DNA of 64,000 nucleotides from a virus (Duplodnaviria; Caudoviricetes). The stretch covers positions 12,953 to 76,952 of the IMG/VR virus record IMGVR_UViG_2767802086_000001; one strand, written 5' to 3'. Below the pieces are notes generated by a model, which saw nothing but the letters and a program-made list of their open reading frames with translations, was not told where the DNA came from and did not search any database. This document shows, piece after piece, positions 9,289-19,209 of the stretch (positions are counted from its first letter, which is position 1; the number at the start of each line of letters is the position of its first letter). The translations under genes were made by a program, and so were the position numbers.

Positions 9289-10953
9289 TCATCGCCTCAC
9301 TGCGTAGGTCGACTCCGGCATTGCCGCTATGTACTGGTTCCGCAGGTCAGTCGCCGCATCCCCAGCTGCTGTGTCTGGGCGGAGCATGATTCGGTCGACG
9401 TACCAAACGTCGCTGACGGCAGGTGTAGCGCCTTGCCGGGCCCGTGCCGCCGCCCTCGATGCGTTCGCCGGAGCGGTGGCCGTGTTCACCACGTAGGTCC
9501 ACTGCCCGGCCGAGATGACCTGCACTGTCGAGGACGAGGAAGAGATGGCCACGTCGGAGGCGTCGAACCAGTCGATCGAGGCCCTGAAATCGGACCAGCC
9601 GGCAGGCGAATAGACCCAGTAGGAGCAGGTGTACGAGGTGCCCGGAACGATGCTGCCAACGGTGCTGTGGGGGGTTTGGGCGGCGCTGCCGGACGAGGAC
9701 ACACCATCCGGGGTCACTCTGATCGACCAGGCGCTGGAGAATGGCGGGCTGCCTGGCGTGGCGACGCGGGCGATGGTGCACGACAGGCCGGTCCAGCCCG
9801 TCAGATCGGTCTCGACGTCCGGATTGTTGTTGAAGGGAGCCTGACTCGCGACGACGCCAATCCAAAAGTCGAGGGTTGTTGTTGCGGCCTTGGTGATGCC
9901 GCCGTTGCTGTGGGCGGTGAATGATCGCGCCGAGCCGATAGCGAACCGGTTGCTGTCGCCGTCGTCGTTGGTCGCGACCACGTAGCCGGAGGCGGCAGCA
10001 GAGGTGTTCGTTTCCAGGGTGCTGCGGTAGGCGGCCAGCGTGGCGCTCGTGCCGATCTGCAGGTATCCCTCGACGAAGCGGGAGCCGCGGCGCAGGGCGA
10101 GGTCGAGGGTGGCGCGGCCTGGGTTGAGGCCCTTCGTGAGGCGCAGGATGACCTGTTCGGGTTCGTTGCGGAGCAGCGTCGCCCCGTCCCATGACGTAAT
10201 CGACGACGCCGAGCCAGCCACGGAGACGTTCCAAAGCTTCGACCGCCAGGCGCCGCCCGTGTATGCCTGCACGTCGAGGGTCGCGGAGGCGGATGTGGTG
10301 ACGTTGACCAGGCCGTTGGTGAGGGCCCAGCCAGTCGACGGCAGGGCCTGGTCGGTGCCGCACAGCTCGGTGCCAGACGAGGTGAGGCGGACCCGTCCCG
10401 TCAGGTAGTTCGTCGGTGCGCAACCCCAGCGCGGGGACACGTTGGCGGGCACGCCGCGGTAGACGGTCATCGCCCCGTCGGCGCCGGTCCTGGTCATGGT
10501 GGTCGGGTTGCTGGCCCCGGTGTAGTAGCCGTAGTGGCCGATCGGCGGGGCGTGCCACCGCTCCCCCGTCAGAGAGAAGTCGTTCGCCCGGACGACTCCG
10601 GTCAGGCGGGACTGGAGGTCCGTCTCGGCGTCGGATCCGAGTCGTGTGAGGGAGACCTTCCAGTCTGAGGTGAGGACCTCGCCCCGGTACTCGGTGTAGT
10701 CCGCTGACGCGTTCCCGACCTGGTAGTAGCCGTTGCGCTCCGGCTTGTCCGTCCACGTCACGGGCAAGATGCACCCCTGGTCAAGGGCGCACAGATTGTC
10801 GTGACGCCACACCAGGGCAGCGCGGGTCAACGGCGGGCTGGACTCCTGCCCTTCGAGCTCCATCGTGCGGCTGTCGCTGCTCGCCTCACCAGCCTTGAAG
10901 GTCTCCCGCAGCAGGAGCCGGCCGAGCTGGAGGTCCCCGTAGTCGCCCTGCAT
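9289..10953 (-). CDS. Distal-tail-like protein with inserted carbohydrate-binding-type module
   Basis: Directly after tape measure; C-terminal NNNPDVETDLTGW..PGTSYTCSYWV..GQWTYV..WYVD CBM-like pattern. Confidence 0.7.
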   Translation of the reverse strand: MQGDYGDLQLGRLLLRETFKAGEASSDSRTMELEGQESSPPLTRAALVWRHDNLCALDQGCILPVTWTDKPERNGYYQVGNASADYTEYRGEVLTSDWKVSLTRLGSDAETDLQSRLTGVVRANDFSLTGERWHAPPIGHYGYYTGASNPTTMTRTGADGAMTVYRGVPANVSPRWGCAPTNYLTGRVRLTSSGTELCGTDQALPSTGWALTNGLVNVTTSASATLDVQAYTGGAWRSKLWNVSVAGSASSITSWDGATLLRNEPEQVILRLTKGLNPGRATLDLALRRGSRFVEGYLQIGTSATLAAYRSTLETNTSAAASGYVVATNDDGDSNRFAIGSARSFTAHSNGGITKAATTTLDFWIGVVASQAPFNNNPDVETDLTGWTGLSCTIARVATPGSPPFSSAWSIRVTPDGVSSSGSAAQTPHSTVGSIVPGTSYTCSYWVYSPAGWSDFRASIDWFDASDVAISSSSSTVQVISAGQWTYVVNTATAPANASRAAARARQGATPAVSDVWYVDRIMLRPDTAAGDAATDLRNQYIAAMPESTYAVRR

Positions 10954-13900
10954 CAGCGGCTCACCGCCCTTTGCTTCTGGTAGAGCCGCAGTTCCTCGTT
11001 GATGTCCTTCACGAGGGCCTTCGCGGCGGTACGACGCTCGGCCGGTGACGCGAAGTCGAAGGAGCCGTTGACGTTCACGGTGAGCGTTTGGATCGTCATG
11101 CCACCCGTTGCCGTCGTGCCGGGGGTGGAGGGCTGAACGAACGACGGCTTGACGGCGTTGGCCGGGCCGCCGGAGATGAGGGTCTTCCCCTTCGCGAGGC
11201 GCTTGGTCCAGCCGACCTCAACGCCCTGCATGGCGAAGTCGCCGATCGGCTCCATGCGCCTGGCCGGAGACTTGATGCCGAGGGCCTTCTTGATCGCGGC
11301 TTCCATTGACGCCGCGATCTTCATCATCGCGTTCTCGATGCTCTTCTGCTTCGCGGTCAGCCCGGCAACGAGGCCCTCGGCGGCCTTGATCCCCGCCCCG
11401 TACATGGCGTCTGCGGTCGTCTTTCCGGCCTTGTCGGCGGACGATGCGAGCTGCTTTTCGAGGGCGTTGATCTGGGCGATCTGGTCGGGAGTTGCGGCGA
11501 GGAGGGACTGGGCGGTCGACATGCCACCGCCAGCGACCCCGGCCGCCGCGATCTCCGAGATCGACTGGGCGTTGAGACCCTTGGCCTTCAGCTGCTCCAA
11601 CTGCTTGGAGAACTCGGTCGTGCGGCCGACGTCCGAGGACAGCTGCTTGATCAGGGTGTCGGCGCTCGTCCCGTACTTGCCGATCTTCGTGATGTTCGCA
11701 AAGCCGATCAAGGACGACTTCACGGAGTCCTTCAGCTGGTTGAAAGAGTCCTTCAGGCCGTTCAGCTTGTCCTTCGCCGCATCGAGGGCCTTCGAGTTCG
11801 CCTCCGAGGAGTCGCGCAGCTTGAACAGCGACGACGCCGACTTCGACAACTGCGACAGCAGCTTCGACTCGGTCTTCCCCGTGAAGGAGCCCTTGATCTT
11901 CGTCTGCAGGTCGTACAGGTTGTTGATCAGGTCCGACTCGGAAGCGCTGCCCTTCGCCAGGTTGCCGCGGATCTCCGGGTTCGACCGCCCGGCGCGCAAC
12001 GACATGTTGCCAAGGGTCACGTCACCGCGCAGCTGGCCTCGGGCCTCGTTCTGCTTGCGGATCGCTTCCTTCTGCTTCTCGGAGAGCTTGCCGCCCTTCG
12101 CGAACCCGGGCAGCCGCAGCCGGCCCGCGTTGAGGGCGTTGAGGACCCCGACCCCGTACTTCCGGACCGCCGACGCACGAACCACGTACTCACTGTCCGA
12201 CACCCGGGCAGGACCGTTGGCGAACATCCCCAGGATGGAGTCCGACGTCGACGACCCCGGCCCGCTGATCATCCCGCCGCCCGGGAACGCCTGGACGTGG
12301 CCGCCGGAGGCGTAGCCGTTCAGGAGGCCGCCCCGCGCCTTCGGTGCCTGCACCATGTCGGGGATGCTGTTGGCGTCCCGGTCGTACACGGTGCGCTTCA
12401 CGTAGGTCGTGGTGATCGTGATGTTCTTGTTGCTGAGCGCGTTACGTGCCCGCTGTACCGCACCAATTCCCGCGAGGGCTTGCCCGGTCTTCGCGGTCAC
12501 CTCGACCCGCCCGTCGGGCAGGGTCTTCGTTTTGTAGCCGAGGGTCTCCAGCAGCGCGATCGCGTCTGACGTCAGCGCCTTGACGGTGACCGACTTCGAA
12601 CCGGGCGTCGCCTTGATCTTCGCGATCACGGCGTCCAGGCCGGCGACCGCGTCCTCGCGCTTCATCTCGATCTGCGTGGAGTGCTTGTCGGGGATCTTCA
12701 GGATCTGTGCCGCGAGCTGCCGGGCCTGCGTCTCGCTGAGGCCCATCGTCCTGGCCGACTTCACGAGCTCCTCGGTACCCCGCGAGTAGATGCCGTTGAC
12801 GGTCTCCCACGACGCGCCGGACTCTCGGGCGGCACCCGCCGCATCGTCTGTCTTCTGCGCCAGATCCTGAAGCGACGTAGCGGCGTTGCGGGCCTTCTCG
12901 CCGTTGAGGTTGAGGACCCCATTCGTCATGTGGAGCGAGTCGCGGTTCTCCTTCGCCGCCTTCGTCGCGGCATCAATGGCAGCTTCGAAGCCGATCATTC
13001 CGCCGAGGCCCTGGCGCTGGATGTCGTTGAGGGCCTGGATGGCGCCACGCAGCCCGTCCGCGCTGCGCTTCTGCTCGTCCAGCTTCGTTTTCGTCGACAC
13101 GGCCTGCTCGCCGAACAGGCCCATGCCCTGTGCCGCCAGCGCCTGGTCAGCCTTGAGTCCCGAGACTGCTGCCCGGTACTCGGGAAACAGTTCGTTGATC
13201 TCCTTGGTGGAGTACCCGGCTTTGTGCGCGGCCTTGCTGATCTCGTTGAAGTCGGTTGCGGCTTGCTTGCCGTACCCGGACGACACCATGCTGGCCATCG
13301 CCGAATCGAGGCCGCCGAAGTCGTCCTTGAGGGCCTTCAGGGACGTCTCGCCCTTGGTGAAGTCCTGCCAGAGGCTGTTCGCCTTGCTGCGCAGGTCATC
13401 GAGCGGGCCGATGCCGCTGTTGCCGAAGCTCTTGACGTACTCCTCGTTGTCCTTCGCCGCCGATCCCAGCTCGCCGATCTTCTTGACGAGACCCTCAACG
13501 TTCCCGAACGTCTTCTGGAGCTCACCGGTGAACTGGCCGGTCCGGGCCAAATTCTTGAGGCTGGTCGTCAACCGGTCAACGTCCGGCGGCGCGCCTCTCG
13601 CCTTCTCGGCGAGCTTGCTGATCCCGATGGCCGCCACGCCCAGGACACCCAGCCCTACGGCAGCCTTCTGCATGGTGGTCATGCTCGCTGCTGTCGCGCG
13701 CAACGTCGTGCCCACGCCGGCCGCCCGCATCACCGCAAAGTAAGCAGCCAAATTCCGTGCCGCTGCACCCGCGGTCACCGCTGTAAGGGCCGCCGCGCCG
13801 AGGGCGGCCAGTTTCATGGCCGCATACAGCTGCAGGAGCGCGCTCAGTGCGGCCGGCGGAATCGCGTTCACCAGCTTCGCAAGGGCGTTCGCCGCCGTCA

Positions 13901-14663
13901 GTATGGTGACACCAAGCCCACCGCCTGCTGCCGTCACGTTCAACATCGCCTTGGCAAGGTTCGCGAGGGTCTCGCCGAGTAGCGGGCCGACCTGCTTTGC
14001 CGTGTCGATGAACTGGTCGAAACCACCACCCATTGCGAAGCCGCCGAGCGACCGCGACAGGTCCATGAGCCCATTGATGGTCGCGTGCAGTGTGGACCGG
14101 CTGAATGTCGTCAGGCCGTCCATGAACCTGTCGAAGCCCGGCGATGCGACCCCGCCGGCAATCATGGTGATCAGCCGGTCGAGCTCCGCCGACGTTCCCT
14201 TGACCAGGCCCGTCGTCTTAGGGAGCAGCGCCGAGAACAGCTGGAAGCTCTTCGTGAACACCGGCATGGTGTCGCCGGCCAGGCTGTCCGACCAGTCCTT
14301 GTACGAGTCGGACAGCGCCGAGAACGCGGCGGTCGCCTCGCGGGTGGCCTTCGGCATTTTCGACAGGGTCTGCTGGTAGGCGAGTTCCGCCTTGACGGCG
14401 TCTGCTGACTGCTTGCCCGACTTGTCGACCGCCTCCTGGTACTTACCCTGGGCCTGGGTCGCCTTCTTCAGATCAGCGACCTGCTTGCCCGCGGCGACCC
14501 CGAATGCGGCGATCCCGGCGCCAGCGGAGGCCATGGCGGCTCCGGCGACCCCCGCTACGGGTCCGAGTGCGCCGACAGCCCCGATGATGGCCGTGATCTT
14601 CTTCATGGCCATTTCGGTCTTTGCTTCGACCTCGACGTGACCGGACGCGATGAGGAAGGACAC
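10953..14663 (-). CDS. Tape measure protein
   Basis: 1236 aa, Ala/Gly-rich helical, follows chaperone; ALGIKSPAR motif. Confidence 0.92.
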   Translation of the reverse strand: MSFLIASGHVEVEAKTEMAMKKITAIIGAVGALGPVAGVAGAAMASAGAGIAAFGVAAGKQVADLKKATQAQGKYQEAVDKSGKQSADAVKAELAYQQTLSKMPKATREATAAFSALSDSYKDWSDSLAGDTMPVFTKSFQLFSALLPKTTGLVKGTSAELDRLITMIAGGVASPGFDRFMDGLTTFSRSTLHATINGLMDLSRSLGGFAMGGGFDQFIDTAKQVGPLLGETLANLAKAMLNVTAAGGGLGVTILTAANALAKLVNAIPPAALSALLQLYAAMKLAALGAAALTAVTAGAAARNLAAYFAVMRAAGVGTTLRATAASMTTMQKAAVGLGVLGVAAIGISKLAEKARGAPPDVDRLTTSLKNLARTGQFTGELQKTFGNVEGLVKKIGELGSAAKDNEEYVKSFGNSGIGPLDDLRSKANSLWQDFTKGETSLKALKDDFGGLDSAMASMVSSGYGKQAATDFNEISKAAHKAGYSTKEINELFPEYRAAVSGLKADQALAAQGMGLFGEQAVSTKTKLDEQKRSADGLRGAIQALNDIQRQGLGGMIGFEAAIDAATKAAKENRDSLHMTNGVLNLNGEKARNAATSLQDLAQKTDDAAGAARESGASWETVNGIYSRGTEELVKSARTMGLSETQARQLAAQILKIPDKHSTQIEMKREDAVAGLDAVIAKIKATPGSKSVTVKALTSDAIALLETLGYKTKTLPDGRVEVTAKTGQALAGIGAVQRARNALSNKNITITTTYVKRTVYDRDANSIPDMVQAPKARGGLLNGYASGGHVQAFPGGGMISGPGSSTSDSILGMFANGPARVSDSEYVVRASAVRKYGVGVLNALNAGRLRLPGFAKGGKLSEKQKEAIRKQNEARGQLRGDVTLGNMSLRAGRSNPEIRGNLAKGSASESDLINNLYDLQTKIKGSFTGKTESKLLSQLSKSASSLFKLRDSSEANSKALDAAKDKLNGLKDSFNQLKDSVKSSLIGFANITKIGKYGTSADTLIKQLSSDVGRTTEFSKQLEQLKAKGLNAQSISEIAAAGVAGGGMSTAQSLLAATPDQIAQINALEKQLASSADKAGKTTADAMYGAGIKAAEGLVAGLTAKQKSIENAMMKIAASMEAAIKKALGIKSPARRMEPIGDFAMQGVEVGWTKRLAKGKTLISGGPANAVKPSFVQPSTPGTTATGGMTIQTLTVNVNGSFDFASPAERRTAAKALVKDINEELRLYQKQRAVSR

Positions 14664-14666
14664 CTG

Positions 14667-14968
14667 CTACACCTCCACTCGTTCGATAAGGCCGGGGATC
14701 ATGAGGTTCATGTCGTCGATCGACACTTCCTGTGGGGCGTTGGGGTCGTGTGCGGTCGGTCCGTATTCGGCTTGTTCGGCGTGGATGGCGGCGGTCATGG
14801 CCCCGTCGTAGACCGGGGTCCGCGAGGCCAGGGCGAGGAACCGTTTGGCGTCGATCTCGGTGCGGTCGAGATCGATGCCGTAGATGGCGAGGAAGTCGGC
14901 GTCGAGGTCGTCGCGGTGGTCGACGATCCAGCTGTGCGCGACGAGGTTGGTTACGAGGTGGCCGAGTC
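14667..14968 (-). CDS. Tail assembly chaperone, -1 frameshift extension (gpT-like)
   Basis: Start-less open frame RLGHLVTNLVAHSWIVDHRDDLDADFLAIYGIDL..ERVEV reached by -1 slip at G GGA AAA. Confidence 0.8.
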
Positions 14969-15349
14969 TTTTCCCGCTGCGTCCGGGCTGTCGTTGAAGT
15001 GCTTGAAGAAGAGGTTGCTGACCAGCCCGGACACCTGGTCGAACTGCTCCTGCGTGATCCGCTCCTGCTCGTACAGTTCGATGAGCTGCGCGTATTGGGT
15101 GCTCCCGAGGAGGAGCTCCATCAGGTACATGGCGCCGTAGACGGGCCCGTCCTTGCGGAGGGAGTTCAGTGCAAGGAACACGACACGCGGACTGATCACC
15201 TTGGGAACGGTGAAGTCCTGCCCGTCCACGGAGAACAGCGGCTCGCGTACCTCCTCGACCGGCGTGGTGTCGGTGGTGGAGAGGGCCAGGGTTCCGCCCT
15301 CGGTGGTGTCCGCCGGAGCGGTGCGGGTCTTGGGCGCTCGGGTGGTCAT
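14951..15349 (-). CDS. Tail assembly chaperone (gpG-like)
   Basis: Between major tail and tape measure; start corrected to ATG 15349; ends AAGKDSATS over slippery site. Confidence 0.85.
   Translation of the reverse strand: MTTRAPKTRTAPADTTEGGTLALSTTDTTPVEEVREPLFSVDGQDFTVPKVISPRVVFLALNSLRKDGPVYGAMYLMELLLGSTQYAQLIELYEQERITQEQFDQVSGLVSNLFFKHFNDSPDAAGKDSATS
14969..14975 (-). other. Programmed -1 ribosomal frameshift slippery site GGGAAAA
   Basis: In-frame X XXY YYZ heptamer near the end of the chaperone gene. Confidence 0.85.
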
Positions 15350-15357
15350 TGGTCCGC

Positions 15358-15918
15358 CTACGGGGTCTCGTCGATGGTTTTGAACGGGGCGATGCCGGCA
15401 GTCACGTAGAAGCCGGACCACTTGACGGTAAAGAGGGTCTGGCCGTCCTTCTTGTACGTGGACTCGACCTTGTCGTTGGACAGGCACTTGCGGATGATGA
15501 AGCGCCGCCGCAGCTGGTTCGGGCTGAACCCGTCGAGAATGATCGCCCGGTAGGTGGGCTGCGTGGCCGAGCTCGCGTACACCGGCTCGAAGCTCTTGAA
15601 CCCGGTCCCCGACGCGGCGGTGCCGTCGTTCAGGAGGTACTTCAGGTTCTCCAGCGTCGGCTCGGCAAGGTTCGTCTCGATGGTGAACAGGCGCTTTGTG
15701 AGGCGGGCGCCTGCCACGTCGACGATCTGGTCGACTTCCAGGTCGGTGTACGTCTGGTCGACGGCCATCTTCGCGCCGTCCTGGGTGCCGCCGAGGTCCG
15801 TCCATGCGGATGCGGCCGGGGTCCCGTTGACAGCGGTGTCAGCCGGCTCGGTGGCACCGAAGTTGCCGATGTAGAGGGTCGCCGGACCCATGATCAGGTT
15901 GGTGGTGGTGACGCTCAT
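15358..15918 (-). CDS. Major tail protein
   Basis: 186 aa, WTDLGGTQDG, VDQ, TNLAEPTLENL; synteny. Confidence 0.85.
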   Translation of the reverse strand: MSVTTTNLIMGPATLYIGNFGATEPADTAVNGTPAASAWTDLGGTQDGAKMAVDQTYTDLEVDQIVDVAGARLTKRLFTIETNLAEPTLENLKYLLNDGTAASGTGFKSFEPVYASSATQPTYRAIILDGFSPNQLRRRFIIRKCLSNDKVESTYKKDGQTLFTVKWSGFYVTAGIAPFKTIDETP

Positions 15919-15920
15919 GG

Positions 15921-16091
15921 TCAGCTCTCCTTGGACTTCACAGCGGCGGCAGGGGTGGGCTTGGCCGGTGCGGCGGCAGGAGCAGCGGAGGCGCCCTCGA
16001 TGAGGAGGCCCTGACGCTTCAGGTCGAGATACTCGGCGTCGTCGACCTGGACGTCGACGTCGGGCTGGATGGTGGTGCGGACGGTTCGCAT
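15921..16091 (-). CDS. Small virion-associated protein with Ala/Pro-rich tail
   Basis: AGGAG RBS, MRTVRTTIQPD..YLDLKRQGLL..AAPAAAPAKPTPAAA. Confidence 0.7.
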   Translation of the reverse strand: MRTVRTTIQPDVDVQVDDAEYLDLKRQGLLIEGASAAPAAAPAKPTPAAAVKSKES

Positions 16092-16098
16092 GGGGCTC

Positions 16099-16551
16099 CT
16101 AAAGGGTGATCCAGTGCAGGGCGAGGTCTGCCTGATAGCGGGCGTAGGACGAGTCATCGCCCGGCATGCGCCGCGGCTCCGACGTGAAGTGGGCCGACAT
16201 GACCCGGGCCTGGGGGTAGCCCGGCAGCAGAGTGAGGGCCCGCTGCATGCCGGCCCCCTGGTACGCCGCTGCAGCAATCAGTTCCATCAGGGACGCAGCT
16301 TTGCCCCACGGCGGCTTGCCGGAGCCGGGGTTCACCGCGTAGGTGTCGATCTGTACGACGGGCTCGCGTAGCGCGTAGTCCACCTGCGGCGATCCACCCA
16401 CGGCGCCGACAACGTGTACGAACCCGTTCTCCGCCCACGCTGCAGAATCCGACGGGAGCGTCGTGGCAACCTGCCCCGGTTCGATCCCTGCTGCGGACAG
16501 CAGCCATGCGACGGCAACGAGTTCCGTGTTCGCCATGGGGATGACGGCCAT
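16099..16551 (-). CDS. Tail terminator-like protein
   Basis: Start corrected to ATG 16551; VVQIDTYA; position before major tail. Confidence 0.7.
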   Translation of the reverse strand: MAVIPMANTELVAVAWLLSAAGIEPGQVATTLPSDSAAWAENGFVHVVGAVGGSPQVDYALREPVVQIDTYAVNPGSGKPPWGKAASLMELIAAAAYQGAGMQRALTLLPGYPQARVMSAHFTSEPRRMPGDDSSYARYQADLALHWITL

Positions 16552-16928
16552 CAGAGCCTCCCGCGCCGCTTGTAGAGGGCAGGCCGGATGAAGGGTTGCG
16601 CGGGGGTTCCGGGGTGCCAGACCCGGTTCACGGGGTGGAGGGCGCCAGGCCAGTGCAGGGCCTGCTTGGTGCTCGGGGTGATCTCGTGCGGCCCGGACCC
16701 GAACTCGACCGTGGACCAGTACGGGACGTTCCTGACGCCGACGCGCAGCTGCCCGTGGTTCACCTCGTAGTAGGTGCCGGCCCGCAGCCGTCCGGTGCGG
16801 ACGGGGGCCATGCGTTCCATGTCGTTCTGGATTTCGCGGCCGAGCTTGTGGAGGTAGCGGGTGATGGCGTTGCGAACCCAGCCCTGCCATCCGTGGTTCA
16901 CGGTGACGTGGCAGCTTGCACCGAGCAT
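16551..16928 (-). CDS. HK97 gp10-like neck protein
   Basis: APVRTGRLR, VEFGSGPH, HPGTPAQPFIRPAL. Confidence 0.8.
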   Translation of the reverse strand: MLGASCHVTVNHGWQGWVRNAITRYLHKLGREIQNDMERMAPVRTGRLRAGTYYEVNHGQLRVGVRNVPYWSTVEFGSGPHEITPSTKQALHWPGALHPVNRVWHPGTPAQPFIRPALYKRRGRL

Positions 16929-17027
16929 CGTCCTGCACCTCCCTCTACGGCTGGTGTCGTTCTGTGCCCTGCTGGCTGGCCGTTTACGGGCCGTGGCGCC
17001 TTGGGGTGGTCTTGCTGTGTCGGAGCC

Positions 17028-17363
17028 TCAGGCGGCTCGTCCTGTGCGTTTCAGGTCGAGCCGCAGGGGCTGCGCGATGATCGGGTTGGTGTTCTTCGTG
17101 GCGGACACGACGATGTAGATCTCGTTCGTCGTCTCGTCTTTGATCCGGTCGTTTTCAGTGACGTTCGTGGCCGGGGGTACCCGGCAGATGTGCGTGCGGA
17201 TGATCCGCGGTGTTCCGCTGACCGGTTCCTGTGCAGTCCGGCTCGACTCAACGAGCGACGCCGGGATGCCGGACACGGCAACGGCGTTCGTGTCGGTCTC
17301 GTCCCCGAAGGCGTCCGTTTCTGTGCCACGGAGGACGCTGATGCGGGTCGTGGCGACGATCAC
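17028..17363 (-). CDS. Head-tail stopper/closure protein
   Basis: Size, beta-rich, DAFGD and NDRIKD; synteny. Confidence 0.7.
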   Translation of the reverse strand: MIVATTRISVLRGTETDAFGDETDTNAVAVSGIPASLVESSRTAQEPVSGTPRIIRTHICRVPPATNVTENDRIKDETTNEIYIVVSATKNTNPIIAQPLRLDLKRTGRAA

Positions 17364-17803
17364 GCGTCACCGCCCATCGGCGTCCATACCTGCTGCTCGT
17401 CGGACGCTTCTGACAGAACTGAGCCGCCCCCCGATCCGGACTCGAAAGGCGACCGGACGTGCAACGAGCGGGACCGCATCCAGCTGACCCGCTGCAATGC
17501 CTGCTTCGCCCGCGGGCCGAGCGTCATGGCCCGGTCGTTGAGGTTGCCGACGATCCCGTCCTGCTGCACCTGGTTGGCATCCAAGCGCGTGTTGAGGTCG
17601 TACTGGCCGGCCTCCCACGCCGCCTGATACGCGACCGCCTGGCCGAGCCAGTGAACATCCCGCGGCCGAATCCGAGGCGTGTCCGCGTAGATCCGGTTGG
17701 AGAACATTTCGATGGAGGCCTGCGCCTGGGCAAGCTGCTGCTGGTCAACGGTCACACCGGTGACCTCGATGACCTGCTGCGGGGTTGCCCAGGCGTCGAC
17801 CAT
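17360..17803 (-). CDS. Head-tail adaptor/connector
   Basis: Start corrected to ATG 17803 (MVDAWAT); QAVAYQA; synteny. Confidence 0.7.
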   Translation of the reverse strand: MVDAWATPQQVIEVTGVTVDQQQLAQAQASIEMFSNRIYADTPRIRPRDVHWLGQAVAYQAAWEAGQYDLNTRLDANQVQQDGIVGNLNDRAMTLGPRAKQALQRVSWMRSRSLHVRSPFESGSGGGSVLSEASDEQQVWTPMGGDA

Positions 17804-17804
17804 G

Positions 17805-18155
17805 TCAGCCCTCGTCGATCTGCTTGCGGGGCGTGGTTGTCTTCTCCGGCTCCGAGTCCATGGCCGACGGCACGACCTCGACGCTGTAGCGCAGCGAACG
17901 CGAGACGCCGTCACCGGTGAGGTCGGTGCCGTCGAAGGACACGTCGCCACGCGGGTGGAGTCCGCGCTGGATCGCTTCCTGCAGAGTGGCAAGCTTGTTC
18001 GGCTCGTGCTCCGGTCCGTCCGTTTCCCCGAACTGGCCGCCCAGGACGACGAACTCCTTGGCGTGCCGGGTGCCGTCCGAGCCGTCCGCCGACCGCTTGG
18101 CGACCTGCGTCTCCGGCGTCTCCTTCTCGGTGGCCTTCTTCGCTGCCGCCATCAT
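17805..18155 (-). CDS. Hypothetical virion protein after capsid
   Basis: Translationally coupled to capsid gene. Confidence 0.65.
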   Translation of the reverse strand: MMAAAKKATEKETPETQVAKRSADGSDGTRHAKEFVVLGGQFGETDGPEHEPNKLATLQEAIQRGLHPRGDVSFDGTDLTGDGVSRSLRYSVEVVPSAMDSEPEKTTTPRKQIDEG

Positions 18156-19072
18156 CAGATCCCGACGAGAACGGCGGCGGCCTTCGGGTGACCGAGGGCG
18201 AACGCGCGGCGGGCGCGCATCTTCAGGATCGACTCGTCCGTCAGCGCCGACAGGCCGTCACGGCCGTCGATGAAGATGGACTCCGGTCCCGACCGGCGGC
18301 CAAGGCGCAGGAAGTCGGCGTTGGCAACGACGAGGATCGGCTTGCCAGCCGGGGCGTCGGTCGCAGTCGCGGAGATCCGGCAGCCAAGCGACCAGCGCAC
18401 CGGCAGGTCGAACAGGGTGTCGGGGGTGCCACGGTCGCCCTGCTGGCCCTGGACGAAGATCGGCTGACCCTGCAGGTCCTTGACGGCGCGAAGCGTGGCA
18501 CGGAACGACGGGTGGGCGATGACGACCATGCGGGACAGGTCGAAGTAGTCGCCGCCCTCAGCCTTGCCGAGGACCGCGGACAGGTCGTCGTAGCTGGGGC
18601 CGGCCGAGCCAGCAACGGTGATGTTGTCGTTGGCTGTGTAGCCGAGACCCGCGTTGGTCTGGGTGAGCGTGTAGTACACCGACTCAAACGGGACGCCCGT
18701 ACCCACAGCCGCGGACACGGCGAGGGTGGCGTTGTCGAGGAGCTTGGCGTAGCTGGTCGCCCAGTCCTTCTGCTTGGTCGTGAGGATGTTCGCGAGCGAG
18801 TCGTCGATGTCCTCTTCGGCGATGCGGATCGCCTTGCCGAGCTTCTTCGCGATCAACGTGATGTCGTCGTTGGTGGAGGTGTCCTCGCTGTACGCGCCAC
18901 CCTTGTCGACCACGGAGACGCCGACACCGGCGGACCGCGGGATGGACTTGGTGTTGGAGCTCATGGGCTCCGGCGATGCGAGGGACTCGACTGCGGACAT
19001 CTGGTCGACGCGCTGGATGACCTCGGAGGAGTCCTCTTCCGGGATCCAAGCCTCATACGTGTTGCGTGTCAT
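18155..19072 (-). CDS. Major capsid protein (HK97 fold)
   Basis: WIPEE, ITLIAKKLG..IAEEDIDD, LRAVKDLQGQPIF, TLFDLPV; strong RBS. Confidence 0.92.
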   Translation of the reverse strand: MTRNTYEAWIPEEDSSEVIQRVDQMSAVESLASPEPMSSNTKSIPRSAGVGVSVVDKGGAYSEDTSTNDDITLIAKKLGKAIRIAEEDIDDSLANILTTKQKDWATSYAKLLDNATLAVSAAVGTGVPFESVYYTLTQTNAGLGYTANDNITVAGSAGPSYDDLSAVLGKAEGGDYFDLSRMVVIAHPSFRATLRAVKDLQGQPIFVQGQQGDRGTPDTLFDLPVRWSLGCRISATATDAPAGKPILVVANADFLRLGRRSGPESIFIDGRDGLSALTDESILKMRARRAFALGHPKAAAVLVGI

Positions 19073-19209
19073 GGTGGTTGCCCTCCTGCGGGCGCGTGAT
19101 GGGGAAGCTGGTGGGCTCGGGCCCCATCACGGGCGCCTTCGCATACAAGGGCGGTGGGCTGATCCGATCACCGAATCAATTCACCTGATGATGAATATAC
19201 CTTCGATTG

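Noticed and set aside
11149-14379. Long plus-strand ORFs opposite the tape measure gene (and similar ones throughout)
   Set aside because: Antisense shadow ORFs expected in ~70% GC DNA; no motifs or RBS
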